In this document: positions 1-13,605 of the stretch, one piece after another
Position numbering within the stretch: the stretch's first letter is position 1
Layout: every line of letters begins with the position of its first letter
DNA from: Phoronis australis
Taxonomy: Eukaryota; Animalia; Phoronida
Direction: 5' to 3'
NCBI GenBank assembly: GCA_002633005.1
Contig: NMRA01000004.1
Coordinates: 2,149,935-2,213,934, forward strand
DNA: 64,000 nt
The notes under the pieces: model-generated
What the model saw: the letters and a program-made list of their open reading frames with translations, nothing else
Told to the model about the DNA's origin: nothing
Database searches by the model: none
Position numbers and translations under genes: made by a program

Positions 1-1367
1 AGCGTGGCCTACGCTTTTAGCGAATTGCTCGGCAACTGTGGAGAAGGACCCCGTACTAAGAACCATAACATCCATTCTGTGACACAGTATGAGTCATGGT
101 TGCATCTGCAGGTGATAGTTTGGCTTAAATCATCAACTCAGGGCTTAGTATCATTTTAAAATTTTTCATTAGCCGGCAGGTTTCGTGATCCCCTTCTACG
201 GTCGCTGGAGGCTAGTGGTTAGTAAAAACTGAACTAGGGGCAAGGATAGGATTTGGTCACTTATGAATGAAGTGTATTAATACGGGTATTTCCAATTTGT
301 AATATTTTGTTGGTCGCAAGAATGTGCTGATGCTGTAACTGGCAGGCAGAGTGGTTATCAAGTTTAGGAAAATCAAGAGTAATATGACAAGAAGATATTT
401 TGTAGGAGTTAAGCTACACTGAATTAAAAAGATTTAAGGAAATTACTTGTACAATCTGAGGTAACCCTATTACCTCAGATTACTAGGACCCGTGGATTTT
501 GATACCTTGGGGCCCCTACAAATCCTTGTTATGGCACTGTGTTGGAGAGTACACACTAGAAAGTGTCTATTGTATTGGTTGTTTCACCCCCCCTGAAAGA
601 TAACCCCTGTTCACGTGTACACACGCGCTCCGACTAACCAGTGTTTTGTAAACTTAAGACACGACGTTTCGTGCTAAAAACCCCAACACAATGCCGCACA
701 TCACCTGGTAGCGAGAATTTTTGTTAAGTTGCTCCAAACGTTTGAGATTTCATAGTGATTGCGTAGCAACATTCCGTTCCACAACATTGATACGATTAAT
801 ACATAGTTATTTTGTCACTGGACTGAAAGAGTTCTCGTTTAAAGGTACCAACAATAATCTTAACAACCGACGAGTTGTAGTCCTCCAATCTCTTGATTAG
901 TAGTGTGCAGCTGGAACCTTTCTAAACAACAGCAGATGCCCTGATGACTTCGACAATTGCCTTGGGGATTGTTTCACTTACGATGAAACGCAGTCTATTG
1001 TGTTTATTGATCACATCCATTAACTTATCGTTTTCTATGAAAATAAGACTTGTATGTGAAAGGATTTTTTCAAGGGTTACATTTCCCCCTATTTATAACT
1101 AATGGTATAGCACTGTCTGACTGATATCACACTTATTCAACCTATCATTTCCTGTTATCTTTTGATTTCAGTCACCTGCTTTGAGCAAGAACAGCGGTGG
1201 TGAGGTCAAGGACCAAGCCAGATTATTGGCTGGAACTTTTCATCTACATCGCGTAGCAGCGTTCGGTTAGCTTCAATTTAGAGCAGCCCGAGTCCTTTGT
1301 TTTAGGTCAACGATTGTGTCGAATTTCATCTGCTGCGAACTTTTTGTTGACAACGAAGTCCTGCAAA

Positions 1368-2510
1368 ATGGCGGAGGAAGAGTACTCGTCAGAAGACATG
1401 CCGAACGCAACCGGAAACCTAACGTACGAATTCCTCGGAAGCATTGCCAACTTCAATGTCCCCATTAACGGATACTGTGTACCAATTATAACATTGGTGA
1501 CGATGATCACAAACGTTCTCATCTGCGTTACGTTGCTAAAGAAAAATATGAGAACGCCAACTAATATGATACTTCTTAGTATGGCCTTGGCGGACTTGAT
1601 GACTGGTGTTTTTCCGCTTCCGGTCAATGTTTACTTTTTCACAATGGGGAATTACGAAGAATGGCTACCGTATAATTGGTGTTATGCCGTAAATGTAATA
1701 TATAAAGTTTTGCCGATGATGTCTCACACTGCATCAATATGGTTAACTGTAGGACTCGGTGTTCAAAGGTATGTGTATATCTGCAAATCCATAGACGCAA
1801 AACGTGTTTGCTCACTCAAGCGCATTCTGATTTGCATCGGTGCTATTTTCGTTTTGGCATTTCTAATGCACGTTACAGTCATTTTTTCCGTATCCTACAA
1901 AGAAGCAACAGTGGTATCTAGAGTCGATCCGTCTCGACTTGTTAGTGCTTGCGTTGAAGTACTTCAGGACTGGGACATGGACAAATATTTCGCCGTGTAT
2001 TTCTGTCTTCGCGTCATTTGTGTTCACATAATTCCTTGCTTTAGCCTCGTTGTCTTAAACAGTCTTCTGGTTTACACAATGCGTGTTGCGCAGGCTCGGC
2101 GACGGTGCCTTCTGCTCCAAAACAGAAAGACGGAATGGAAGAGGATCCAAGACAGCAACTGCACAACATTGATGCTTGTTACCGTGGTTACAATGTTCCT
2201 TCTGGTCGAAATACCACTTGGTATAGTTATGACATTGGTGGTGGTTCAAAATACCGGCCTTCAGCATATCTTCGCAAAGGAGACTCAGGAAATCATTTCG
2301 ACTTTCCTGAATCTTTTTATCCATTTGAGTTATCCTCTGAATTTCGTGATTTACTGTTCCATGAGTCGGCAATTTCGGAAGACTTTCATGGGTTTATTTT
2401 TTCGTGGACGGTATGAAAACAACTATAATACTCATTACCTGTCAGTTGCCCAAGAAAGCAACGGGAATTTTAAGAACGGACACAATGCAACAACGGCTAC
2501 GTTATTATAG
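1368..2510 (+). CDS. SPR: Sex peptide receptor / myoinhibitory peptide (allatostatin-B) receptor, class A GPCR, 380 aa, intronless CDS
   Basis: Seven hydrophobic segments. SPR-family motifs: NGYCVP (TM1), MRTPTN, HTASIWLT...QRY (TM3, QRY for DRY), VHIIPC (TM5), LLVEIP (TM6), SYPLNFVIYCSMSRQFR (TM7). First ATG at 1368 in aaaATGg context; the track ORF starts at TTG 1314. Candidate acceptors end at 1171 and 1305, so the 5' UTR exon(s) probably lie upstream. Confidence 0.93.
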   Translation: MAEEEYSSEDMPNATGNLTYEFLGSIANFNVPINGYCVPIITLVTMITNVLICVTLLKKNMRTPTNMILLSMALADLMTGVFPLPVNVYFFTMGNYEEWLPYNWCYAVNVIYKVLPMMSHTASIWLTVGLGVQRYVYICKSIDAKRVCSLKRILICIGAIFVLAFLMHVTVIFSVSYKEATVVSRVDPSRLVSACVEVLQDWDMDKYFAVYFCLRVICVHIIPCFSLVVLNSLLVYTMRVAQARRRCLLLQNRKTEWKRIQDSNCTTLMLVTVVTMFLLVEIPLGIVMTLVVVQNTGLQHIFAKETQEIISTFLNLFIHLSYPLNFVIYCSMSRQFRKTFMGLFFRGRYENNYNTHYLSVAQESNGNFKNGHNATTATLL

Positions 2511-5362
2511 CAAAAAGAACAGAATTGAGCACGTGTCGGACATTGCATCGGACTGCCATGATTTGGCGGGCCTATAACAATCTATATGTGTGCATGACCA
2601 CTTGACTTTCCCGTGTCAAAAAATTAACAGTGCAAAATGTTGAAGAGATTTCAGTATCGTATGTGACACTGTAAATGAGATTGGAAGCTCTAAAGTTGAA
2701 CCTTCTGGTTGGTAAATACGAAAAACGGAGCAGGGTACTCGATGAAATTTGTGGTGCGTCTGAGTAGTGTTTAAGCCAGGCCTGTTACTTTGGGTTCCAG
2801 TGCAACGATAGCTAGCAGTGGAAGTGGCCAAAAGAAAACGAATTGCTATCTGTAGTCGTGGAATTTAGTCTTGTACCGCTTTCGAAGTTTGCGAAGTTTC
2901 TGAGCTCATAGGGCGTACGAAAGTACATCATAGGGATGACAGTGTAGTTGACACCTGACTTTAGGCAATCTTTTTTGTTCGAATACGTTATGTGAAATGT
3001 ATTGTGGATTATAAAGGACACTTATCCGGAAAATCTGTTGTGGAATATTTCGCAGTGGAATTGAGCACAGCTCTTGAAAAGTGCAGGAAAAGACGTTTCA
3101 AAGGTCGACAATTTCTGTGCTCTTCAAAGCAAGTTAAAATGATGGCAAAACTTATGTTCACCGTTCAAAAACTGTGTTTATTCGTTGCTGCGATGGCGTT
3201 AGCGTTTAATTTCAGCCTTGTGCTAACTTTGCGGTAGAACTAATTCATCATTGACATGTTTGCCCCCAACTCCTCCGGAAAGGTTCAGCCTGGTACACGA
3301 CATAACTGGAATCCTAGTTATCGCCACTGTTAATTGTAAAGGATTAGACGAGTCCGTTTTACTCTACCGCTTGGTGTCCAAATGAGAATGGAAGGCTTCA
3401 TCTGATATATTCCAGAATGAACGTGTGATTAATGTGCCCGATCGTCTCCCATGCCATTGAAAACGTCTTTGAGGGCGGCTCTGTCGTGTGTGTATTCTAA
3501 CAATTGTCTATTCGAGGCAGTCAACTGCGAGGTGTACACCAAAGCTTTAACAGTAGCAACGCCAACGGACATAAACTGTAAGCCAAGAAGGCCCGAGTCC
3601 TTGAAACATTAAGGGTTAGCTCAAAGTGACAAAAAACTAGAATTATAATTGTCGGGGACTTTTGAAGAAGGAAATAAACAGTGTAGGCTTACGTTCGTGT
3701 GATAAACCGTTACTCGATTACTTGTCCTTTCTCAGACGCCAAACCGTGTGTTCACCGTGTGGCAAGTGACGCTTTCACGGCGCGGCAAGACACTTGCGGC
3801 GAGATATTCTGGTCTCTGTTCCGTACACCCAAGGCACCCGCGAGAAAGGTTAGTATGACCAAGTGCTTCGCTTATAATGCATGGCAATAACTAACGAAGG
3901 TTTGGGTGCCCTTGCGCTTTCGCGAGACTCGCGCATCTACAGAACTCATCCTGCCTTAAGGTACGGAAATATCTAGGTTCTATGGGCTGACACAGACGTC
4001 AAAGTTCCGAGGAGCCTTCAAATACCTAATCGGTGACGGTCATCTTGCATTGAGTTAATACGGCCGCGTGGTTGCAGGCCAAATTGTAGTGAGATCATTA
4101 TTTACAAGACTTACTTGATCTGGCTGTCTAGCATGACACTAGCCTTATCGAATGCACTCAGTTTTCCTGGAGCATATTATTATTACGACCACCTTGATTA
4201 TCTGGTCTCGGACCATACGCAATATGGCTGTAGTGAACTTCAGAGAAAACGTGACTGTGTAATATTTGTGACACCTAAATGGTTGGAAATGACAAGGCTT
4301 GAGGAGCATTTTAGTGTGGTGTGCACGCAGATCATTCATCTGATTCATCTACTCAGGTTTCCGTTTTGTTATTGAAACACGGATTACCCAAAGTGACATT
4401 ACAGGTGTTCCGTCTTCTTCAGTCGAGAAATCCATCAAAATAATTTGTAAAAATAGCATTAACATACAAATCTACAAAGTCCGATTGGATTTCTGTATTC
4501 GAGGAGTGGCTCCGATGGCTCAGTCTGCACCGTTAGCAGAAGGTCGCGAATCCAGCTTGAGGCAGAAATCTATTCAGATTTATTTTGATTGGGTCACCTG
4601 AAGTGACCACAGGTTGCTTGCTGATCAGACTTAGAAATCTTTGTGAACGAAATCCAGTTGTTGTCAGCCAATAGCAAACACCAGGTTTGCATTTATGAAT
4701 GAAAAAAAATGATTTCAATGAAGGCTATGGCTATGCCATTGAAGCCGTGTGATTGCTCATTGCGATGAAAATGTAAGAGTTAAACGGTTCGTTGTCATCA
4801 GTTATATTAAAACAATCTTACGAGAAGTTTTTCTTGGTACATGTACTGTTGTCATCCTCGTCAAAGTCTCCATTGAATTGCATGGTCATATCCGTTGGAC
4901 TACGGCAATTTCAAGTGGCAAAGCACAGTGAGTGGTAACGGGAATTGCCTTTTTGTCTTCTTCATAAAAATGTTAAATAATTCAAACAACGCTTGAGGAA
5001 TATTTGGTGATAGAACCTGGCAACCGTTAGCCATCAGAATGTAATCCCTGGGACTGGAGTTTGGTCATCGCGTATGGAGCATTTACAGAGTGTGTTTGGA
5101 GTCTAGGTGTGCTTTTGCATTACGGTTTGGTTCCTGCGGGTCTCGGATGGGAGAATTCGCGGCTGGAATTTAGAGACCAAATTTGGAATAGTTTTCACCT
5201 CTTGATTTTTGGCCTAGTGATCACCATTCTAACTGAATCATCACTTTATTAAAGCGACCTTTTGATGTAGATGTCAACTATAATATTTCAGTGAATTACT
5301 GTAGTACTTGCAATACCATCTACATCACCTTCGCGTGCAAGCGAAATATCTGAACTGTTGTA

Positions 5363-6107
5363 TAGCCTGGATTGTTCTAAAACCCCATCGACCCCCACAC
5401 CCCACGACCCCCTCGACTAAGTCTACGCAAGCTCAACTGGATCTGAACATTGAACAAGCCCTGACTTGCAGGACCAACGAGTCGTGAGCTCGGTTGGCTT
5501 TTAATTGTTCTTTGCAATTAAGAGAGTCGATTCGGCAAGTTTGAAAGCCGAAGACGGACAAACTTCAACAACACAACCAAATTAAATCAAGATCTATTAA
5601 CGTTACAAATCGTCTCGTTCTCGGCAGGGTGTAATGGTCTCGTTGCTCTTCTTTGAATGGTAGAGTCAAGCTATTTTGGAAAGAGTGTTAGAAGGACACG
5701 AATATGAAATTTCTTCAGTAAATACAGTTTGAAAAAACATGTTAACTGAAAACAGGTTTCAAAGTTACACGTAATATATTGTAAACAAGTGTACGAAAGA
5801 AAGCAAATGATAAAAACGTGAATTGATGTTCGTTCCCGTTAAGGTATTCTCTAGTAGAGCAGGGCCGCTGATGGAACTATTTCCGTGACAGCGAGAGCAC
5901 GCTCACAATTCGCTATTGGAGATCATAATCTATAGTGCCGCTCTATTTTTAACCACTAGGCTATGAGAAAGTCACTCGGCGACTTAAACATGATTATGAA
6001 ATGTGCAAAAAGTGCAGAGATACATCTATTGCCGCACGTCGTGGGTCGAGGGTGTCGGTGGGTTGAGGAGGTGTGGGAGTCGAGGGGTTTTTAGAACAAT
6101 CCGTCTA
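5363..6107. mobile_element. Non-autonomous TIR element (MITE), ~745 bp
   Basis: GGATTGTTCTAAAACCCCATCGACCCCCACACC at 5369 is inverted at ~6070-6102 (GGTGTGGGAGTCGAGGGGTTTTTAGAACAATCC). TA-flanked. Superfamily not assigned. Confidence 0.7.
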
Positions 6108-8108
6108 GTCTATGTAAAGCACTACCATGTCAAATGACGTCGTGCGGATGTCGCAAGCTATTGTTCAACTTGCGAGATCCTTGCGACGGGCGTAAGCGTG
6201 TCGCATGATTATCGCATATTGGACACAATCATTGTTTTTCTTTGTTGCGTTTTTGTTGGATATAACAATGCAGGTCGCACGGGTATCGTTCCTTGGTCGC
6301 ACATCAACCGGTTACCGATAAATGCTTACCATTATCTATATTATAAGAAAGAAAAACAAGGTGAACAATGGATACGCCTATCCTTCGATCTCTATGCGAC
6401 GAGCTTGCTAGTGTAATCACTTTCAAACGTCTCTTCTCGTCATCACCAAACAATTTGTTACAATACGTACACTTTGACCTGCATGTGCAACTTGGTGATT
6501 GTGAAATATCGGTGAAAATTCCAGTTCTCAGCGTTCGCGCATGTAGAAAGAATTTCACTCTAGAGGCTGCTGCAGCAGTCAAGTGCTTCGATTTTGGTTT
6601 TCACAACTTGTGGTATTTCAAGAACGTTAAATGCATTTTTTTGTTGTGATACATTTGAAATTCACCTGCTGTGGCAAAATGAACACACTATTACAGGCGC
6701 AAGTGGTCGTCGTGCGGTTTCAGTAAGGAGTTTCACTTCACAACAAAGAAGTCGAATTCCGCAATTTTTGTGTGGTACAGATGGTTGATGTATTTTGTTT
6801 GTGGAATGTCTAAAAGCAAGTATTCTTCCGTGTATACGTCTGGGTATTCCTAGGCGTGACGGGCGTTGGCATAATCTGTACATGTACTACTGTTGTGTTG
6901 CAATAAATATTGTAAAAATCTTATTATCCGTACGCTTTTCTTTAATGTGACATCATCAGTCAAAATATTTACAATTAAGGTACGACACAAGGCGGACTCG
7001 GACCAACACGCCACACAAATCTCGTTCTCATGGATAGTCGCTTTGGTTCGTTCTTTCAATGCGAGGTACATTCTGGCTAAAGCCAATATAAAAGCGTGAC
7101 AAAATGGATAGCTTTATATAAACCATTTGTTACAAATCCCAGTTCAATGTCAGTCTTGATTTTTAAGTCGATTCCATGCGTCATGTCACCACTAGTTTAA
7201 AAAAACATAATTCAATATTGTTGAAAATCTCCCATGGGGCATTTAGAATCATTTTGCAGACATCACCATTATCCTCCAAAGCGGCGAATTGTAGTCGTCT
7301 TAATCATTCGACTTACGCTGCTGTGTTGTTCCTTGCGTGTACAGATTCTATCACCTCCAATAGGCTTCAACGACCTTGTCTTTTTGAGGAGTTGTACATC
7401 CGTACTCAAGAACATTTGTCATATTTATTTTTTTTATCTAAGATTACTCACGCGCACTGTGTATTTAGCCACTGCAGCTTATCATTGCAATGTACATGTA
7501 GCAGTAATCACCTCAGCTTACGAAACACTCAAATACATTGTACTGTAGTCAACATGCGTGTACAAAATGTAGGTAGAATTTCTAAATAAACTACAGGGGA
7601 GTGTGTATTATATATAGCCACAGTGCAAAACGTATGTACATGTACTTGCATTTGGTCACACTGGCTAAGATTCTCGCGGATGGCTTGGACCTAAGGATGG
7701 TATATACGCTAATTTCACCAGTGAATAAAACAACATTGTTTACCATTAATAAATTGATTACAAAATTTTCTCTTGAGAAAAAGTGACCTAACGTGCCAGC
7801 AAAGGCTTAGGATGCGACGAAGTCAACTTCTAGGGCGATCATAATTACTGTTACGAAAAACGCATATTAAGTGCGATGATTTTAAAGAAATTGCGCTTTT
7901 AAAATGAACATGTTTTCGGAAACAGTGTTCAACAAACAAATCTTTACGAACAAATAAACGGAGAGAGGTTTTCAAAATAGTTCCATGTGCTACCTGGCAT
8001 TGTTGTTTGAAATATTTGAGAATCCCACCTATAGTTGCACCGCTTGTTACAAAAGTACCGTAACGTTGAACTGAGATCCTGAACATATTGAAATAGGTCT
8101 GAGCCCCA

Positions 8109-8392
8109 CAGTGGCGGACTTAGGGGGGGCAAGGGGGCCATGCCCCCCTAAAATTGTACCAGATACCATTCAGGAGAGCGGGTGCGAATTACTAACTAGC
8201 ACATGCGCGCAATCAGGGGAGCTCGGGGAGTGAATAAACAATGCGTAGGCTCTGAACAAACCTCGTTTACCGTTTTTTTAGTCAACAGGTTCGCAAACCC
8301 AAAATCCGAGACCCCTGCATCCCCCACCTGCCGCAATTCTGGTTATTCCTGTGCCCAGGCCCCCCTAAATCCAAATCCTGGATCCGCCCCTG
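8109..8392. mobile_element. CAG-terminal MITE (CAGTGGCGGA...TCCGCCCCTG family)
   Basis: Terminal inverted repeats; 5-bp flanks cccca/tccca (1 mismatch). Confidence 0.7.
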
Positions 8393-10259
8393 TCCCAACC
8401 ATGCAATTACATGTACTTTTAAAGAGTAAAAGGTCCACTTAAATGCTCTTTTTGCATTCCGATTTACTTTCAAACATTAAACGGTATGGCAGTTTCAAGG
8501 TAAATACAAGTAACAAAGCGTGGTGAAATTAAATACATGTATGTAACGAGAATTACAATTAAAAGTAAAAAAAATATAAAATGATGTAAAAGAAAGAGTC
8601 TCTTATCGTTGCTGCAATCACTTTCAAACGCCACAGATTTCAAGGAGGCAGACTGTTCCTCGCTGTGGAATAAAGCAAAGTACAGGGTGCATCCAAACAC
8701 GTTGCAGATTATATAATAAAACTATATGTACATGTAGCAATAAATTAAATAGACTATCGACAGGTAGCCAGCGAACATGAATAGACCAGAGACATACACA
8801 TTAGAAACTCAACAGGAAAGAAGGAGCGAACATCAGCGACACCTACGTGGAAGTACGAGATAGAGAAAGATTTTAAAAATAATGCAGTTAATGAAAACGG
8901 ATTAGACAGGTTGGATGGAAAAACACCAACAAATCAAACAAAACTAGAATAGCGAGGGACACAGTAAATTAAAAAAAATTAAAATGACTTAGAACGTAAA
9001 AAATTCTAAATGTCCACTATTCTAAGGGTTTCTCTGCCACTGAAACATATGTCAAACTTTTTACCCGGTACTTTCACGGTTTGTTCGTCTCGATTTTGAA
9101 TTTCTGTTGATGTCAAAGCCTTTTCCTTTAGTTTCAAATTTCTAAAAAACGACCTATCAACTGCTCGTCACTTCGTCGATTTTACGCCGACAGGGCAAAG
9201 CACGACTACTCATTTGGTATGACTATGAGAAACACACTTCCTTTAAATAGAAAATGTGACCTTTGACCTTTGATGTTAGCAAAACAATATCGATGCTAAG
9301 CAGCAGCCAGTCTGACTTCTTTGAGTGCATGCGCGCATATGTAGATCTATTTAGATGGGCGGAGTGTTTAAAAACTGTATTTGTTGAAAGAGTACTTTTC
9401 ATCTTAGTTTCAAAATACTGAATCTGAATCTTGAAATCCTTGCATTGTTTACAGTGACTAACTCTTACGCTAGCATACACACTAGGTAGATTCGCCACGA
9501 CCTTGTATTTTTTACGAATTTTTGCGTTCCATGCCTCTTTAAAAGAGAATAATACTACGTATGGTCAATGACCGATTTCCATTGTAACAGAAAATCAATG
9601 CCCCTGTAGAGACCGTTGGAATGAGTCCTAAACTATACAATCGCTTCGGTCTCAAACTTCCTGCGGAGACTGTGCCCCGAGACCATTTCTGACCACGAGG
9701 ACAAGGTTGGGACCCTGTACTCGGTTCCACGAAACACTGACTCCCAAGTAGCAAGTAATTCTACTGCGTATTTGTGGACTTTTGAAAACACCGATGACCC
9801 TCTCTTATGCTGCTTTTGGTTTCATTGCTAAGTCAATTTTTGGTTTTGGTACAAGTCGAGAGTGAATTCTACTTTGAGTTAACTTTATTTTTGAAAAGCA
9901 GTGAGGGATCTTTTCACGCAGCTCTCCTGATTTTAGGACTAACTATATTTTCATTGAACTAAGGGCTCGGATTTTAGTTAGGGCAATTGGTCAAAAGGGA
10001 GACCATGATGAAGATAAAATTGTAGAAAAAAGTATTACATCGGGGAGTAAAGAACGACACAAACACGACATAGAATTAGGGAACCTATTTGAGCCTCAAT
10101 TTGGGACTGATGCAATCGGGCATTGAAGGCTGTGATCGCAAACACATGCATCGAAGTGATGACCCATCGGAACTGGAACATCACTGCGAACAATATATTA
10201 TCTGTGTCCATAGAGCCAGGTACGCTCGCTGGTTCCCTGCGTACTTACTGTAGCACAGC

Positions 10260-11388
10260 CACAGGCGCTTGGGTTTATCGCAAATGACGTCACTCAATAA
10301 TATATATAAGAAAACATAAAAGTTGGCCACTTCAACTTTGCCAAGCCGAGGCTCCCAACTTCAACCGTCAAAAATCCAAATAAAATCTGCGTGCACCTCC
10401 CACAGTCTGGTGTTGCATAAACCTTCGAAGCCTTATCTTTTCTAGATCCCATTAACTGTCTTCGTGAGCGGTGAATTGGCGATGGAATTTCCAAAACAAT
10501 CTCAAAACTCTGAATTCAAGGACCTGAAATAGTAAACATGGCGGATTTTAGTTGTGCTTCAACTTGTACGCCTGTCGTAGGTGAAACTTCGAGTTTGAGC
10601 AAGCAACCTATATTTCAAATTCAATAATTCTAATCCAAAACTCAACTAATTGAGAATGTTAAAGTTACTATTTTAATGATTATTTGTAACTTTATTCCAC
10701 TGACGGCTCATTTTAGCCCTTAACTTAGAATTTTACTACATGAACTGGCGTATCTTGTTTCTCATCTTGACATCACGCACTTTTTTGATTGAAGCACAAC
10801 ACACACTCGGCCAGGAAACGCAGTCCGTGCAAGTATTACAATGCGCGTGGCCGACGAGTTAACTCAATGGTTTTGGCCAAAAGTAAAACCTTCATAAGAA
10901 ATCACAGTACACAAAAACTTCGCATATCAATACAGTATCAGGATAATTTATATTTGACACAAATATGTGAGTAATTACATTTATTTGGCAATAAAGTGGT
11001 CTCTGCTTCTCATGATCAAGTAGACGAGGGATTGATGATGAAAGCCGCGCGAAATTAGACTTTCGGATTTAGCTCGCGAGCGTCCTTCAAAAACCCGGAT
11101 GTGCGAAGACCGTCTGCCATGACATCACGGAATCACTTCCTTGAATATGTGATTTTGGCATTCTTTTGGCATTTGTGTTGCCAAATCACCACTCGAAGGC
11201 AATTTGAAGAGATCGAATGAAAGAACGTATTCTAAGAGTTGTCCGATGCTAGTTTCGTGGAGTTCCATGCATATTTGAGTAGAAAATTCTGAGCAAACAG
11301 ATTTCGAGTGTCCAACCTTTATGTTTTCTTAAATTCTTATATATATATTATTGAGTGACGTCATTTGCGATAAACCCAAGCGCCTGTG
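10260..11388. mobile_element. Non-autonomous DNA transposon, P-element-like, 8-bp TSD
   Basis: Near-perfect ~50-bp TIR (CACAGGCGCTTGGGTTTATCGCAAATGACGTCACTCAATAATATATATA) with perfect TSD AGCACAGC at 10252-10259 and 11389-11396. Superfamily inferred from CANAG ends plus 8-bp TSD; hAT not excluded. Confidence 0.85.
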
Positions 11389-13605
11389 AGCACAGCCAGC
11401 ACGCATGTATTACGCGGTGGCACGAGCTTTAGCATTGGTCGATGTAACCTCGGCAGTTATTGGATAGCTTTACAACACCGTGAAAAATGGCGAACTGAGA
11501 ACGATTTTTTACCTTGTCATGCAAGTGGCGTCGCAGCAACTCTTTCATCAGTCGTTTCTGCAATGATGTTTAATAGCCGCATGCTTGAAGCACCTACATA
11601 TAAAATAAACACATATCTGGCCGATTTAACCGGTGTATTAGTCATATACTGTATGAACAAAGGACACTATCGTAAACAAAAGTCACCGACAGTAGAAAGA
11701 CGCATTCCGAAAAGACGCAATCACAATTTATAGGCTTCACATTTCCTGAACATAATTTAATTTTAAGCACCGATTTGTCTGTACAACAGACAACATTTAC
11801 ATTTCAGTCCATCAGTCATGCCAGTTTGTTGGCGTAAAGCGCTGCCTGTTGAGAATTCGACTAGCCAATCAGACACGCCGGTGTAAAAAAATTACCAGTG
11901 ACAGTTAAGTGATACCTGCGTGCTGGCGCGGCACCGCCCCATCTAGTGGCACGTAGGGAACAAGAAAGCCAGGTACGTAGTCTGTTGCTAGTTTTGACAA
12001 AGTAACAGTTCCAAGGTCACTTACATGTACTTAAACTAGTATACAACACCAGACAATTAATAATTTACCAGCGATGTTATGCACCGGAACATTTTGAAAC
12101 TGGTGCCTGTTTGTTGAAAGTTGACTAAGACTTGAGTCAGAAAATTGGTGTTACGCTCCAAATAATTATTTCTGAAAAAATAATTAACTTTCTCACATGA
12201 GCAAAACACAAAGTCTTTGAGAATGTATACATCTATACCAATTCCAGATGTAATTTCTGTGAACCACTTCTATAGATTTAATTTGATGGCCTTGTACTGT
12301 AATTACGTGGCTTATTCAGCAACTGTGAAGTGGGATAGTAAGAACAAATTTCAGCCTTAAATCTTTCATAAAACGGACCTCTGAATATCAAGACACACAA
12401 GAATTGCGTTATGTATGAACGCTATCAAAAGGGTGTCATCCGTTTCTCATTAGGAAATTTGGGGTACGAGGTGTTACGGATGCGTTCCACTTTCGAGATT
12501 ATTTACATGTATGTGCTCTGACAGTGTTTTATTTTCATGGACGGTTTCAATCTGCGTTATACATATATTTGGACTTAAAAGAAGGATCATTATCCATTCC
12601 GAATGTCTCTCGTTTCGCTGGGAAAATACACAGGTCGATCTACGCCTTCCATCACCCTGTGACTCTTTATTTTTAAAACTACCGCTTTAGCACATCAATT
12701 TTGAACGATTCAACAAACCAGAAGCAATCAATCTTTTTTGACTGCGTATCAAGGATCTGTACCACGTGTTTGGTGTCCGTTGCTTCGGAATTGGGATTCA
12801 GAGGATCAGTAGGCCTACTGGAATTTAAAGGCACAGCTACATGTACATGTATGGATTCGTTTCCACTCCCTTGTGCCGGAAGTTTATTATAAAAGCCGTT
12901 AAGAGTGTCTCACGAGCGTGCGCATGATTAAATCGGCTATGAATGTATCCCCCAGATTCCTTCACCAAAATCAACTTTGATTTAGACTACCTACTTATCG
13001 TTGTAAATTGAATTCAAAATGCTCCTTAGTCAAACTGGTGGTGATATCAGAGCTTTGACGTTCCTAGTTGAGGTAAGGCTTTAAATGTTCGGCTCGACTA
13101 GGCTTACGGTGTCAGTCATTTATGTGGTACATGTACGTGGCCTAAAGCAACTGTTTGCTATACGGAGTTAACGCGGGCTGATGGCCATTTAAGGGGAAGG
13201 GGTTGGTTTGACCACGCAAACATAATTTGGTATAAGAGGATGCCAGGCATAAAATTTGGCACTAATGTACCAACTCGGTATGGCAATAGACATGGCTGAT
13301 TCACAGAAAACAAATGGAAAATAACCATGGACCTTATCTCGAGAAATGACATGGTTTTCTATTCAAATACTCGTATATAAGTGTTACATTTTAAAATTTC
13401 AACATGAAACTTTCCCTATGAACCCACTGGCTTCTGCGTGTGATTTTATTGTCGGGCTCTAAAGAAGGCAAACGTTGCCCGTTTAAGATTATTGGCGACT
13501 TGAAACTGCATAATTCCCGTGTGTTTTACGTTTTCCTCGTCATTTTGCTTGTCATGGAACATGCGTCTAAAATCAGGTAGTATTTGTTATGAAACGTAAA
13601 CAACC

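Noticed and set aside
1307-2416. Overlapping antisense and alternate-frame ORFs within the GPCR
   Set aside because: Shadow ORFs of a real CDS with no independent features.
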